From contig JAQVFY010000002.1 of NCBI GenBank assembly GCA_028696995.1, positions 2,647 through 66,646 on the forward strand: 64,000 nucleotides of DNA. Direction: 5' to 3'. Positions within the stretch are counted from its first letter, which is position 1. Every line of letters starts with the position of its first letter. The notes under the pieces are model-generated. The model made no database searches, was not told the DNA's origin, and saw only the letters and a program-made list of their open reading frames with translations. A program made the position numbers and the translations under genes. Positions 35,462 through 44,377 of this stretch are shown here, in pieces. This DNA is from Patescibacteria group bacterium (lineage in GTDB: Bacteria > Patescibacteriota > Patescibacteriia > Patescibacteriales > UBA12465).

Positions 35462-38437
35462 TTACTGTCTAAACTCACAAATCCCTTTAAAATCACAAAA
35501 ATCACAAGTAAAAGACGAGGGTTTTGGCAAAAATTGCTTTTTTCTAATTTCTGCTACGCTATCAAGCAGCCACTCCTCCATTTTTTCAATATCCTTATCT
35601 TTAGCCTCAAAACTCAACTTTTGTCCATTCTCTAAATAATAATAACTCAGCTTATCAACTTTTATCCCAAAAGAAGCTTCAGCAACCATTTTATACAAAA
35701 CTAACTGTCGTTTATCATCAGTTTCCAACTTATCCTTACCAGAACCAGTCTTATAATCAATAATCTCAAAATTGCCCTCACCTATTTTATCAACTCGATC
35801 AATCTTTCCTTTAATTAAAAAATCTTGAAATTTAAAACGAAAATCTTTTTCTAAAAAATAAATCTCCGGCAAATTCTCACTCATTAAATCATTGAAAAAA
35901 TTTTTCAATAAATCCAAACCCTTCTGCCAATACTCATCTCGTTTTTGCTTACTGCCATAACCCTCATCCTGCCAAAACTTTTTATACAACTCTAACAATT
36001 TTTTCTCGCTTAATTTACTTTTCAAATCACCTTCTTTTTTAACAGAAGAAAACAAATCAGCTTGCATATTATTATTAGCAATAATTGGAAGTAAAAAATT
36101 ATATAAAGTATCATGGATAACTCGTCCAAAAGTTAAACTGGGTTTATCTTCGGAAGATGGAATTTTTAAAATATGAGCATATTTATATTGCAAAGGACAT
36201 TTATCAAAAGCAGCAAACTGAGAAAAAGAAAAATGAGCCGGTAATTGATAATCTTCTTTTTTCTCTAATTTAGGCTTTTCTTCGCTTATAACTTTTAAAT
36301 CTTTCAAAAATTCCAGACTTGAAAAATCAATTTTATCTACTACCTCTAAATCTAAACCAGCCTCTTTAATAAAAGCTGACGGTCTTTTTTCACGTGCCCC
36401 ACCAAAATCCTTGGCGCTAGTTAAAAATAATCCTTCCTTAGCTCGAGTTAAGGCTACATAAAACAAGCGGCGTTCTTCTTCAATATGAAAATTATCATTT
36501 TCAGAAATTTTTTCCTTAATTAAGGCTGGATGAATACTTATTTTTTCAACCCTAGAATCACTAGGAAAGCGACGCTCTACCAAATCCACTAAAAAAACAT
36601 ATTTAAATTCCAAACCCTTAGCCGAATGAACAGTCATTACCTTAACCGTGTCAACATCAACAAAATCATTTTTAAGTCCACCCGTATCACCAGCCTCTAA
36701 CTCAAATTCCAAGGCTTCAATAAAATCTTTAAGGCGCAAATCTTCCCCATTCTCTTCAAACTTTTTTATTTTTTGATAAAATTGATTAATATATGAAAAA
36801 GTTTCCCTATCTCTTTCGTGATGCAAATTTTTTAAAATCTCACTATCATAAATGAACTTAATAAAAATAAAACTTGGTTTTTTATCACCGACAAAAGCTG
36901 AATGGTTTTTTATTAAACTCAATAATTTATTAATTTTAGGAAAAGACTCAGCACTAAGCCCCTTAACCTTATCAATATTTTCCAAAGCTTCATATAGAGA
37001 CCAATAATTTCTCTTAGCGAAAGAATTTAAATTCACCAAATCAATATTGGAAATTTTAAAAGCCTCCATATTTAAAACCCGAAACAAAGCCGAAGATTCT
37101 TTATAATTATCAAGTAATTTAAAATATGAAATGATATCCAAAACTATTGCCTTATAATACAAACCGCGAAGAGACACAAAATGATTCGGGATATTAAGGC
37201 GACTGAGATCCTTAGAAAAAATATCAGCTGTGTTATTAGTTCGAGATAAAATAGCAAAGTCTGACCAATTAGTCTCCGGCTCTTTTTCATAAATTTCCAT
37301 TATCTTAGCTGAAACAAAATTTAACTCATCTGATTGAATTGAAAAATTAATAGCGGATACAGCCGGATTTTTGCTAGAAAACTTTAAGCGAGATTTTAAT
37401 TTTTTATTAATATTTAATTTAACCTCTAAACGATTGGGGTCATTGTTTTTGATAAATTTATAAGCCACGTCCAAAATTTCTTGACGGGAACGATAATTAT
37501 TACTCAAAATTATTTCCTTAGTATTAGGAAAATCATCCTTAAATTGCATAATATTAGAAATTGAGGCTCCGCGAAATTTATAAATAGACTGATCATCATC
37601 ACCCACAACCATTAAATTATTTTTACCTTCTGCCAATAATTTTATCAACTCATATTGAGCTAAATTAGTATCCTGAAATTCATCAACCATCAAATATTTA
37701 AACTTATCCTTTAAAATTTTAGAAATATTAGGACGAGTTTTAAATAATTTAATAGTATAATTTATCAAATCACCAAAATCTAAAAAATTATTTTCTATTA
37801 ATAATTTATTATATACATTATAGGAATTAGATAACTCTTTTAATCTCTCTAATTCCAAAGCCTCCTCAATATCATCTATTTCCCTGCCTGAATTTTTCTG
37901 CATTTTTTTATCCAAACTATCAACTAATTTTTGATAATCTTCACTGGAAATATTTTCGTCTTTTAGACGTGAAAAATGCGATAATAATTCGGCAATAAAT
38001 TTATTGGGGTTACCAGAAGAATGATAATATTTTAAATTTAATTTTTCTAGATTTTTTTTCAAAAAAACCCATTGAGCAGTACTATCCAATAATTTAAACT
38101 CGGGATTTAAACCAATCTCTAGTCCATATTGACGCAAAATTCTCTCTGCAAAGCCATGAAAAGTATGTATCCATAAATCAACATAACCATAAGGTAAAAT
38201 TTTGTCAGCTCGCTCGATCATTTCATTAGCTGATTTTTCAGTAAAGGTTGTTAATAATATTTCATCAGTCTTAAGCTTCTTTTCCATTATTAAATAAGCT
38301 AAGCGATTGATTAAAACAGTAGTCTTTCCGGTCCCAGCGCCAGCTACTACCAAAAGCGGACCCTTATCATGTTTAACAGCTAATAATTGCTCTTTATTCA
38401 ATTTTTTCAATTCTTCATTCATATTTATATATACCAA
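35462..38437 (-). CDS. UvrD/PcrA-type superfamily 1 helicase fused to a C-terminal PD-(D/E)XK nuclease with Cas4/AddB-type 4-Cys cluster
   Basis: LLVVAGAGTGKTTVL Walker A, MVDEFQDTN, VMTVHSAKGLEF. Nuclease region: IDRVDKIGEGNFEIIDYKTG, QLVLYKM. Cys pattern: one Cys in FDKCPLQYKY plus CDFCDFKGIC. Confidence 0.85.
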   Translation of the reverse strand: MVYINMNEELKKLNKEQLLAVKHDKGPLLVVAGAGTGKTTVLINRLAYLIMEKKLKTDEILLTTFTEKSANEMIERADKILPYGYVDLWIHTFHGFAERILRQYGLEIGLNPEFKLLDSTAQWVFLKKNLEKLNLKYYHSSGNPNKFIAELLSHFSRLKDENISSEDYQKLVDSLDKKMQKNSGREIDDIEEALELERLKELSNSYNVYNKLLIENNFLDFGDLINYTIKLFKTRPNISKILKDKFKYLMVDEFQDTNLAQYELIKLLAEGKNNLMVVGDDDQSIYKFRGASISNIMQFKDDFPNTKEIILSNNYRSRQEILDVAYKFIKNNDPNRLEVKLNINKKLKSRLKFSSKNPAVSAINFSIQSDELNFVSAKIMEIYEKEPETNWSDFAILSRTNNTADIFSKDLSRLNIPNHFVSLRGLYYKAIVLDIISYFKLLDNYKESSALFRVLNMEAFKISNIDLVNLNSFAKRNYWSLYEALENIDKVKGLSAESFPKINKLLSLIKNHSAFVGDKKPSFIFIKFIYDSEILKNLHHERDRETFSYINQFYQKIKKFEENGEDLRLKDFIEALEFELEAGDTGGLKNDFVDVDTVKVMTVHSAKGLEFKYVFLVDLVERRFPSDSRVEKISIHPALIKEKISENDNFHIEEERRLFYVALTRAKEGLFLTSAKDFGGAREKRPSAFIKEAGLDLEVVDKIDFSSLEFLKDLKVISEEKPKLEKKEDYQLPAHFSFSQFAAFDKCPLQYKYAHILKIPSSEDKPSLTFGRVIHDTLYNFLLPIIANNNMQADLFSSVKKEGDLKSKLSEKKLLELYKKFWQDEGYGSKQKRDEYWQKGLDLLKNFFNDLMSENLPEIYFLEKDFRFKFQDFLIKGKIDRVDKIGEGNFEIIDYKTGSGKDKLETDDKRQLVLYKMVAEASFGIKVDKLSYYYLENGQKLSFEAKDKDIEKMEEWLLDSVAEIRKKQFLPKPSSFTCDFCDFKGICEFRQ
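35463..35481. repeat. Right copy of exact 19-bp direct repeat TACTGTCTAAACTCACAAA
   Basis: Lies inside the 3-prime end of CDS 35462..38437 (encodes ...CEFRQ stop). Confidence 0.85.
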
Positions 38438-38445
38438 TAAAAAAA

Positions 38446-39429
38446 CTAAACCTCACTAATTACATCAAAATTTTTATAACTACCGACAACTGAATAACCA
38501 AAAACTTTAACATTTTTATTTATATTTTTTATTTTCTTGGCCACCTCATTTAAAGTTGCCCCTGAACCAGTGGCATCATCGATAATTAAGACATTGCCTT
38601 TTATCTCTTGACTGGGCTTAACAGAAATAGTTTCATTGGCATTTATAATTCTGTCCTCTAGCTTTCTAAGTGTTTTTTGAGGAATCTTTATATCACCGGA
38701 AGTTTTACTGATAATAATATTTTCCAATTCAATATTTAACTCTTTTTTAAAAACATCCATAAATTGAATTTTCCTGTCTATAGTTGGGGGTATAAAACCA
38801 ACGAAATCTATCTTTTTTTTATTTATTATTTTTTCTATTGCCGGATTAACAATTCTAACAATCTCCTTAATAATTTTTTTATCCTGAGATGTTTTACCTA
38901 AGTAAACCAATTGTCCTAATTTAGTTTTTCCAAAATAATCAAAAGTATAGAAATCACTAAAATATATATCATCTAAATAAACTTTATTTTTTCCGGCCAA
39001 TATTTTATTTTTAGCAGAAAATAGTTCATCTTTTTTATTTTTATTTAATACTTTTAATTTTTTATAAAAATTATCTTTTTCTTTTTCAAAATCAAAATTA
39101 TTTTTCTCGCACCAAGTACTAAAACCGTCTATTCCTCGAATTATATCACCATTGGGAGATAAATAGATATAATTTTGTTCAATAAAATAATCTTTAATAC
39201 TTTTAACTACAAGATTTTTATCTTTATTTAATTTAATAGAGTAGTAAACCTTTGGAGTGTTGCCATTTTTCTTAATCAAATCCTCATCTAAAAGTCGGGT
39301 TAAATGTTTATATATATTCTTAATAGATATTTTAGAAATTTTAACAATTTCCGATGATCGAATCGGTCCAAATTTTTCTATTATTTCTAGAATTTTAATT
39401 GTTTCTTTTGATAAATTGTTCATGTCCAC
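38446..39429 (-). CDS. Winged-HTH domain plus C-terminal phosphoribosyltransferase (PRT) domain protein (PurR/ComF-like architecture)
   Basis: N-terminus IKILEIIEKFGPIRSSEIVKISKISIKNIYKHLTRLLDEDLIKK (wHTH-like). C-terminal PRPP-loop-like VLIIDDATGSGATLNEVAKKI. The track start is GTG 39429; ATG 39423 is probable. Confidence 0.6.
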   Translation of the reverse strand: MDMNNLSKETIKILEIIEKFGPIRSSEIVKISKISIKNIYKHLTRLLDEDLIKKNGNTPKVYYSIKLNKDKNLVVKSIKDYFIEQNYIYLSPNGDIIRGIDGFSTWCEKNNFDFEKEKDNFYKKLKVLNKNKKDELFSAKNKILAGKNKVYLDDIYFSDFYTFDYFGKTKLGQLVYLGKTSQDKKIIKEIVRIVNPAIEKIINKKKIDFVGFIPPTIDRKIQFMDVFKKELNIELENIIISKTSGDIKIPQKTLRKLEDRIINANETISVKPSQEIKGNVLIIDDATGSGATLNEVAKKIKNINKNVKVFGYSVVGSYKNFDVISEV

Positions 39430-39486
39430 ATTATAGCAGGTTAATATTAACCCGTCAATATTAACCCCTATTATTAAACTTATTCC

Positions 39487-39514
39487 TTGTCATTCCAGCA
39501 AAGGCTGGAGTGAC
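39487..39514. repeat. Short hairpin element TTGTCATTCCAGC-AAAG-GCTGGAGTGAC
   Basis: 11-bp stem (one G-T pair) with a 4-nt loop. The core is related to 45256-45280, and more weakly to 35332-35353. Confidence 0.55.
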
Positions 39515-39525
39515 AAAAAGGGGGT

Positions 39526-40797
39526 TTACTTAATCTTTAAAATACTACTGATTTTCTTATCGTCCTTTACATCCCCAATAACTGCCAAATTCAAACTTTT
39601 ATTTACAAATAAATTTTTTGCTACTCTTCGAATATCTTGATCTGAAACTTTTTTGAATTTTTTTAAAGTCTCTTCCGGTGAAGAAAATTTATCTCTTGTC
39701 GGAAATTGACGGCCATACCAAGTGCTAAAATCATCACTTCCCTCCATCGAAACTATCAGTTTTCCAGTCAATAAATCTTTGGCTCTTTTTAATTCTTTGG
39801 CTGAAACTAATTCATTTTTTAATTTTTGATATTCACTTAAAATAACCGTAACAGCCTCTTCAAATTTATCTTTTGGAACGCCTGCCTGCACAGTAAGATA
39901 TCCGCAATCACTATAAAACTCGGTATTAGCCCGAACATAATAAGCCAAGCCACGACGCTCTCGAAGTTCAATAAATAAACGAGAGCTCATCGATCCGCCC
40001 AAAATAATAGATAGCAACTTCAAAACTACCTCATCTTTATGATTAGCAGGAACTGTCCTAAAACCCAAAGACAAAGTCATCTGATCGGTCTTTTTTGTTT
40101 TTATTTTATAATTAGCTTTACTTTGCTTCTCAACTACCTTGCTCTTATTCTTGTAATTATTCTTTAAAATTCCGGCAAATTTCTCTTCTAATATTTTTTT
40201 AATTTCTTTAACTGAAAAATCTCCTGCTAAAAATAATCCGGCACTTTTGACGCCATACTGAGTTTTAAAATAATTAATAAAATCTTCTCGCTTAAAACTC
40301 ATAACGTTTTCCTTGCTTCCAATAGTATCCCAACCAGCAGGAGTATCTCCATATAAACAAGATTCAAAAACATCTTCAATATGCATCATCGGATTATCTT
40401 CATACATGTTCATTTCTTCAATAATTACACCTTTCTCCCTTTCAATTTCATCACTATCAAATTTTGAATTTGTTAACATATCTCCTAAAACATCAACGGC
40501 TATCCCAATTTTATTTTTAGGAGTTTTCACATAATAACCTGTATATTCTTTTCCGGTAAAGGCATTGAACTCGGCTCCAATAGAATCCAACTCGGCTGAT
40601 AAACTCAAAGTATTTGGACGTTTAATAGTACCTTTAAAAAACATGTGCTCCAAAAAATGAGATAAACCCGAAGTTTTTCTGTCCTCATATTTAGATCCCG
40701 TCTTATACATCACTAAAACAGTAGCCGTCTTAAATTGAGGAAGTTTTATTAAAAAAACAGGCAAACCATTTTTGAGCTTAAATTCAGAAATTTTCAT
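39526..40797 (-). CDS. M16-family zinc peptidase (pitrilysin/insulinase-like)
   Basis: HFLEHMFFKGT (HxxEH inverted zincin motif) in a 423-aa two-domain protein. Confidence 0.85.
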   Translation of the reverse strand: MKISEFKLKNGLPVFLIKLPQFKTATVLVMYKTGSKYEDRKTSGLSHFLEHMFFKGTIKRPNTLSLSAELDSIGAEFNAFTGKEYTGYYVKTPKNKIGIAVDVLGDMLTNSKFDSDEIEREKGVIIEEMNMYEDNPMMHIEDVFESCLYGDTPAGWDTIGSKENVMSFKREDFINYFKTQYGVKSAGLFLAGDFSVKEIKKILEEKFAGILKNNYKNKSKVVEKQSKANYKIKTKKTDQMTLSLGFRTVPANHKDEVVLKLLSIILGGSMSSRLFIELRERRGLAYYVRANTEFYSDCGYLTVQAGVPKDKFEEAVTVILSEYQKLKNELVSAKELKRAKDLLTGKLIVSMEGSDDFSTWYGRQFPTRDKFSSPEETLKKFKKVSDQDIRRVAKNLFVNKSLNLAVIGDVKDDKKISSILKIK

Positions 40798-40926
40798 AAG
40801 AAATTTTAAACAATAAAATCAAGCCTTTTCTTGAATTATTATAGTTTAATTAGTGTTAAAAGTTAGTTTATTTTAATTCTATCATATATTTGCTATAATT
40901 AAAATATAATAATTTAATAGAAAATT

Positions 40927-41643
40927 ATGGCTTACAAAATCAAGGATCATAATCTAATAATCAACCGTAATAAAAAATACAATATTGTCGCTGTTAGAGA
41001 CCGAGCTGAAGACGACAAGCCCAGAGAAAAGATGCTAAAATCTGGCGTAGAAAGTCTTAGTTCAGCCGAACTATTAGCTATCATCCTAAACTCTGGCACC
41101 AAAAAAGAAGAAGTTTTAAATATGGCTCATCGGATTTTAAAAGAATACGGCAAGAATGCCATTATTAATGAAAAAAATCCCAACAACTTAGAAAAGGAAT
41201 TTGGATTACCATTAGTAAAGTCCTGTCAAATTGTAGCTTGCTTTGAATTAGGTCGAAGATTTTTCAAAGAAGAAAAAACTGGAACAATAACTATTAGAAA
41301 TGCCAAACAAGCTTTTGAACATTTAAAGGACATGACTAAATTAAATAAAGAGAATTTCCGAGGACTGTATTTAAATAGTCGCTACAAATTAATTCATAGT
41401 GAAACTATTTCAGTCGGAACAATTGATGCTAGTATCATTCATCCGCGCGAAGTTTTCCGTCCTGCCATTGAGCATGGCGCTAGCGCTATAATTGTAGCCC
41501 ACAATCACCCCTCCGGAACATTAAAAGCTACTACTGAAGATTTAGAGGTTACTAAAAAACTACAAGAAGCTGGAGAATTATTGGGAATCGAAGTATTGGA
41601 TCATCTTATCATCTCTAAAAGTAAATTCATTAGCCTCGTTTAA
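40927..41643 (+). CDS. radC: RadC-like JAB/MPN domain protein
   Basis: HNHPSG JAMM motif, upstream helix-hairpin-helix-like LSSAELLAIIL. 238 aa. Confidence 0.9.
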   Translation: MAYKIKDHNLIINRNKKYNIVAVRDRAEDDKPREKMLKSGVESLSSAELLAIILNSGTKKEEVLNMAHRILKEYGKNAIINEKNPNNLEKEFGLPLVKSCQIVACFELGRRFFKEEKTGTITIRNAKQAFEHLKDMTKLNKENFRGLYLNSRYKLIHSETISVGTIDASIIHPREVFRPAIEHGASAIIVAHNHPSGTLKATTEDLEVTKKLQEAGELLGIEVLDHLIISKSKFISLV

Positions 41644-41666
41644 GATAATTATTTTAAAATTAAAAT

Positions 41667-41897
41667 ATGAATAAAGATTACAAAATTAGTCCGTCTTTTT
41701 ATTTAATACACGATAAAAAAAGTGTTAATTTTCATGTTAAAAAAAATGATTATTTTGGAACTCTAGCGACTATTATAGAGCTGATAAATCAAGATAATGT
41801 TTTGGAAAATAAGGAAGAATTAAAAAAATTATTGAAACGATTAAAAAAAGATCTATTGTATTTGCAAGAAAATTTTATTATTAAGAAAAAAATTTAA
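41667..41897 (+). CDS. Small hypothetical protein
   Basis: 76-aa ORF 23 nt after radC, followed by a terminator. No motif recognised. Confidence 0.35.
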   Translation: MNKDYKISPSFYLIHDKKSVNFHVKKNDYFGTLATIIELINQDNVLENKEELKKLLKRLKKDLLYLQENFIIKKKI

Positions 41898-41940
41898 TCT
41901 TAAAAGACTAATAACAATCATCTAATTTTTTACCAATTAA

Positions 41941-41973
41941 AAAAACCTGAATTAAATCAGGTTATTTTTTTTG
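41941..41973. terminator. Bidirectional intrinsic terminator
   Basis: AACCTGA (41944-41950), loop ATTAAA, TCAGGTT (41957-41963). A T-run follows and an A-run precedes. Confidence 0.7.
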
Positions 41974-41985
41974 TTTTTATTTTAA

Positions 41986-42975
41986 CTAGTCGCAGTACAT
42001 GCTTCTGACTCTTTCAACTACCGAAGTAAGAATAAATGGATCCACGTTTGATGCTTTAGTAGCGTGAGACTTTTTTGTCCCCCAAGAATACATTGCTCCC
42101 CCATCGTGACTAAACCAGCCCTCTGCTTCTCCGGCATTGGAAACGACCTCCTTTATTTCTTCATGGTCAGCTCGAAACTTATTGCTAATTTTTTTTTCAT
42201 TTAGAATAATGCCCAAGTCAAACCCATCTAAGTAAACGTAGCAGGACATTTGGAGCTTATCAAAAATAATAGAAGACGCTGAAAAAACATCATCTCTTCC
42301 GCTATTATTGATATACAAGGCTGTTTTACCAATAATGGTAGTATTATTAATAACATCGGTCCGAAATCGACAATTTATGAATTCATCGGTTATTACATAA
42401 TAACCATCAAAATCTTCAAAAAGCCTCTCACAAATAGCAAAATAATCATCGGGTCGTATTACACTCTGATACCGCCAGGTAAAAAACCAGCCTGCAAAAT
42501 GCTTCTGGCTAATATCGTTTATACCCCTAAACTGGTTCTCGGAGGCATACTTGTAACCATGGCTGTCGTGAGCATCTATTAGAGTAACCATTTTCCACAA
42601 TATTTTCTTAACGTTATCATCTCCATAGAAATTAAAAAGTTCATAAAGACAAGAATGAACAGTTTCATTTCTTTTATTTAAAGATCCTTTTACCCCCTGG
42701 CCATTAACTGAGATGTCTAGGGCCAAATCTCCCGGCTCCAAAGGACCCTTCCAACCAGCTGGAACAAACATTATTTTGGGCAATTCATCGCCCCTTTTTA
42801 TTCCCAGCAAAAATCTAGTGGTAAACCAGAGAGACGCTATGGCATCTAGATCTGGTCTTTTGTGAGTGATAAGCCTCTTAACTCCAACCCTCAAAGCTTC
42901 AGAGATGATTTCTGAATACTCCCCTCGGCCAGAATTTGTAACAAATCTTCTGTTTTTTCTCTTGATTTCTTCCAT
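41986..42975 (-). CDS. Orphan protein with distant DHH-phosphoesterase-like motifs
   Basis: ITHKRPDLDAIASLW resembles the DHH-family HxxPDxDAIGS motif, and LIDAHDSHG resembles the DHH motif region. G+C is elevated (hand count 42061-42120 = 30/60). The function call is weak. Confidence 0.4.
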   Translation of the reverse strand: MEEIKRKNRRFVTNSGRGEYSEIISEALRVGVKRLITHKRPDLDAIASLWFTTRFLLGIKRGDELPKIMFVPAGWKGPLEPGDLALDISVNGQGVKGSLNKRNETVHSCLYELFNFYGDDNVKKILWKMVTLIDAHDSHGYKYASENQFRGINDISQKHFAGWFFTWRYQSVIRPDDYFAICERLFEDFDGYYVITDEFINCRFRTDVINNTTIIGKTALYINNSGRDDVFSASSIIFDKLQMSCYVYLDGFDLGIILNEKKISNKFRADHEEIKEVVSNAGEAEGWFSHDGGAMYSWGTKKSHATKASNVDPFILTSVVERVRSMYCD

Positions 42976-43021
42976 TTTTCATTCGGTTTTTATTATTTAT
43001 ATTCTATTATTAATTTACAAT

Positions 43022-44377
43022 TTAACCATGAACCTTATCATATTTAAAATAAAATGTCAAGCCAAATAAGAAAAACATAAATAATAACCCAAAAGGCAAG
43101 CTCCACAACCAATGATCAAAAGCCATAAATACAAAAATACCTATAAATAAAGGGAAATAATGAACCTGCAAAACGTTTTTTTTAATTATATAAAATATAA
43201 AGAGTAAAAATAAAATGAACCCCCATAAGCCTATTTCCGCTAAAGATAATAAAAAAGTATTATGAACAGGCTGAGCTTGATAAGACTCCCAAGTTGGATT
43301 TAATTCTAAAACCTTATTATGATAGGCTCCTAAACCAACTCCCAACCAAGGATTGCTCTTTATTATTTTAGAAGCTTCCCCTATTTGCTCAGACCTTTCA
43401 CTAATAGAAATTTTCTCTAAACGAGAAGAAAGCTTAAATCTATTTACTATAAGAGGCTTAAAAATAATAAAAAATAGCAAAATTGAAGTTAAACAAAAAA
43501 TAAAAATAGGGTAATATTTTTTAAAACTATTTTTATTAAATAATGAAGTCAAAAACAAAAAAATCAATGATAATCCCAGGGCCAAAAAAGCGCTACGAGA
43601 AAAAGAAACCATCAAGGCGATTATAAAAATCAACAAAACAAAATAAAACAATATTTTACGCCCTCGATATTTTTTGTTTCGTTCACCTTCCTTAAATCCT
43701 GAACTTACTTTATTATTTAAACTAGAAAATTCTAAGTAAGGATCAATTACTAATAATAAAATCACGAAAAATATTGCAAAAAACATCAAAGCACCAAAGA
43801 CATTAGGATGATCAGTGGCTCCATAAGCTCTAACGAAACGCCCCAAATCATTTTCTAAAACCGAAACACCCAAAACAGAGGCCTCATGACTAGCTATTCC
43901 CAAATATTTATTAGAAAAACTTTTTTGACTAAAAAACTGAAAAATTCCTAAAGAAGCTTGAAATAAAAGAGCTGACAAAAATATCAAAATTATTTTTTTA
44001 AAGTTAAATTTGAATTGAGTCATTAAAAACAAAAGACCAAAAGATAATAAAAATAAAATATATTTAAAAATAGACACTGCTCTCACACTAGAGGCAAAAA
44101 TAGAAAGAAAAATAAAAAATTCCATCCCAGCTAAAGCTACCCAATATTTAGCAAAATCAAAATTATTTATCGCTTCATTCCTCTTATATTTAAAAAAATA
44201 AAAAATAAATATTATTAAAATTAAGGCTAATAATAAATAATTAAAATATAAGGCAATTTCATTATAATTTGTCTCTGCTGGCACAATAATTAATTTTGTC
44301 TGCCAAACAAAAGTAAAAACAAATAAATAGAAAAGGTATTCAATTATTTTTTCTAAAATTTTCTTCATATTTATCAA
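43022..44377 (-). CDS. O-antigen ligase / Wzy_C-family polytopic membrane protein
   Basis: More than 10 predicted helices. An external loop is followed by PVHNTFLLSLAEIGLWGF, typical of the Wzy_C family (xHNxxLxxxxExGxxG). Confidence 0.75.
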   Translation of the reverse strand: MINMKKILEKIIEYLFYLFVFTFVWQTKLIIVPAETNYNEIALYFNYLLLALILIIFIFYFFKYKRNEAINNFDFAKYWVALAGMEFFIFLSIFASSVRAVSIFKYILFLLSFGLLFLMTQFKFNFKKIILIFLSALLFQASLGIFQFFSQKSFSNKYLGIASHEASVLGVSVLENDLGRFVRAYGATDHPNVFGALMFFAIFFVILLLVIDPYLEFSSLNNKVSSGFKEGERNKKYRGRKILFYFVLLIFIIALMVSFSRSAFLALGLSLIFLFLTSLFNKNSFKKYYPIFIFCLTSILLFFIIFKPLIVNRFKLSSRLEKISISERSEQIGEASKIIKSNPWLGVGLGAYHNKVLELNPTWESYQAQPVHNTFLLSLAEIGLWGFILFLLFIFYIIKKNVLQVHYFPLFIGIFVFMAFDHWLWSLPFGLLFMFFLFGLTFYFKYDKVHG

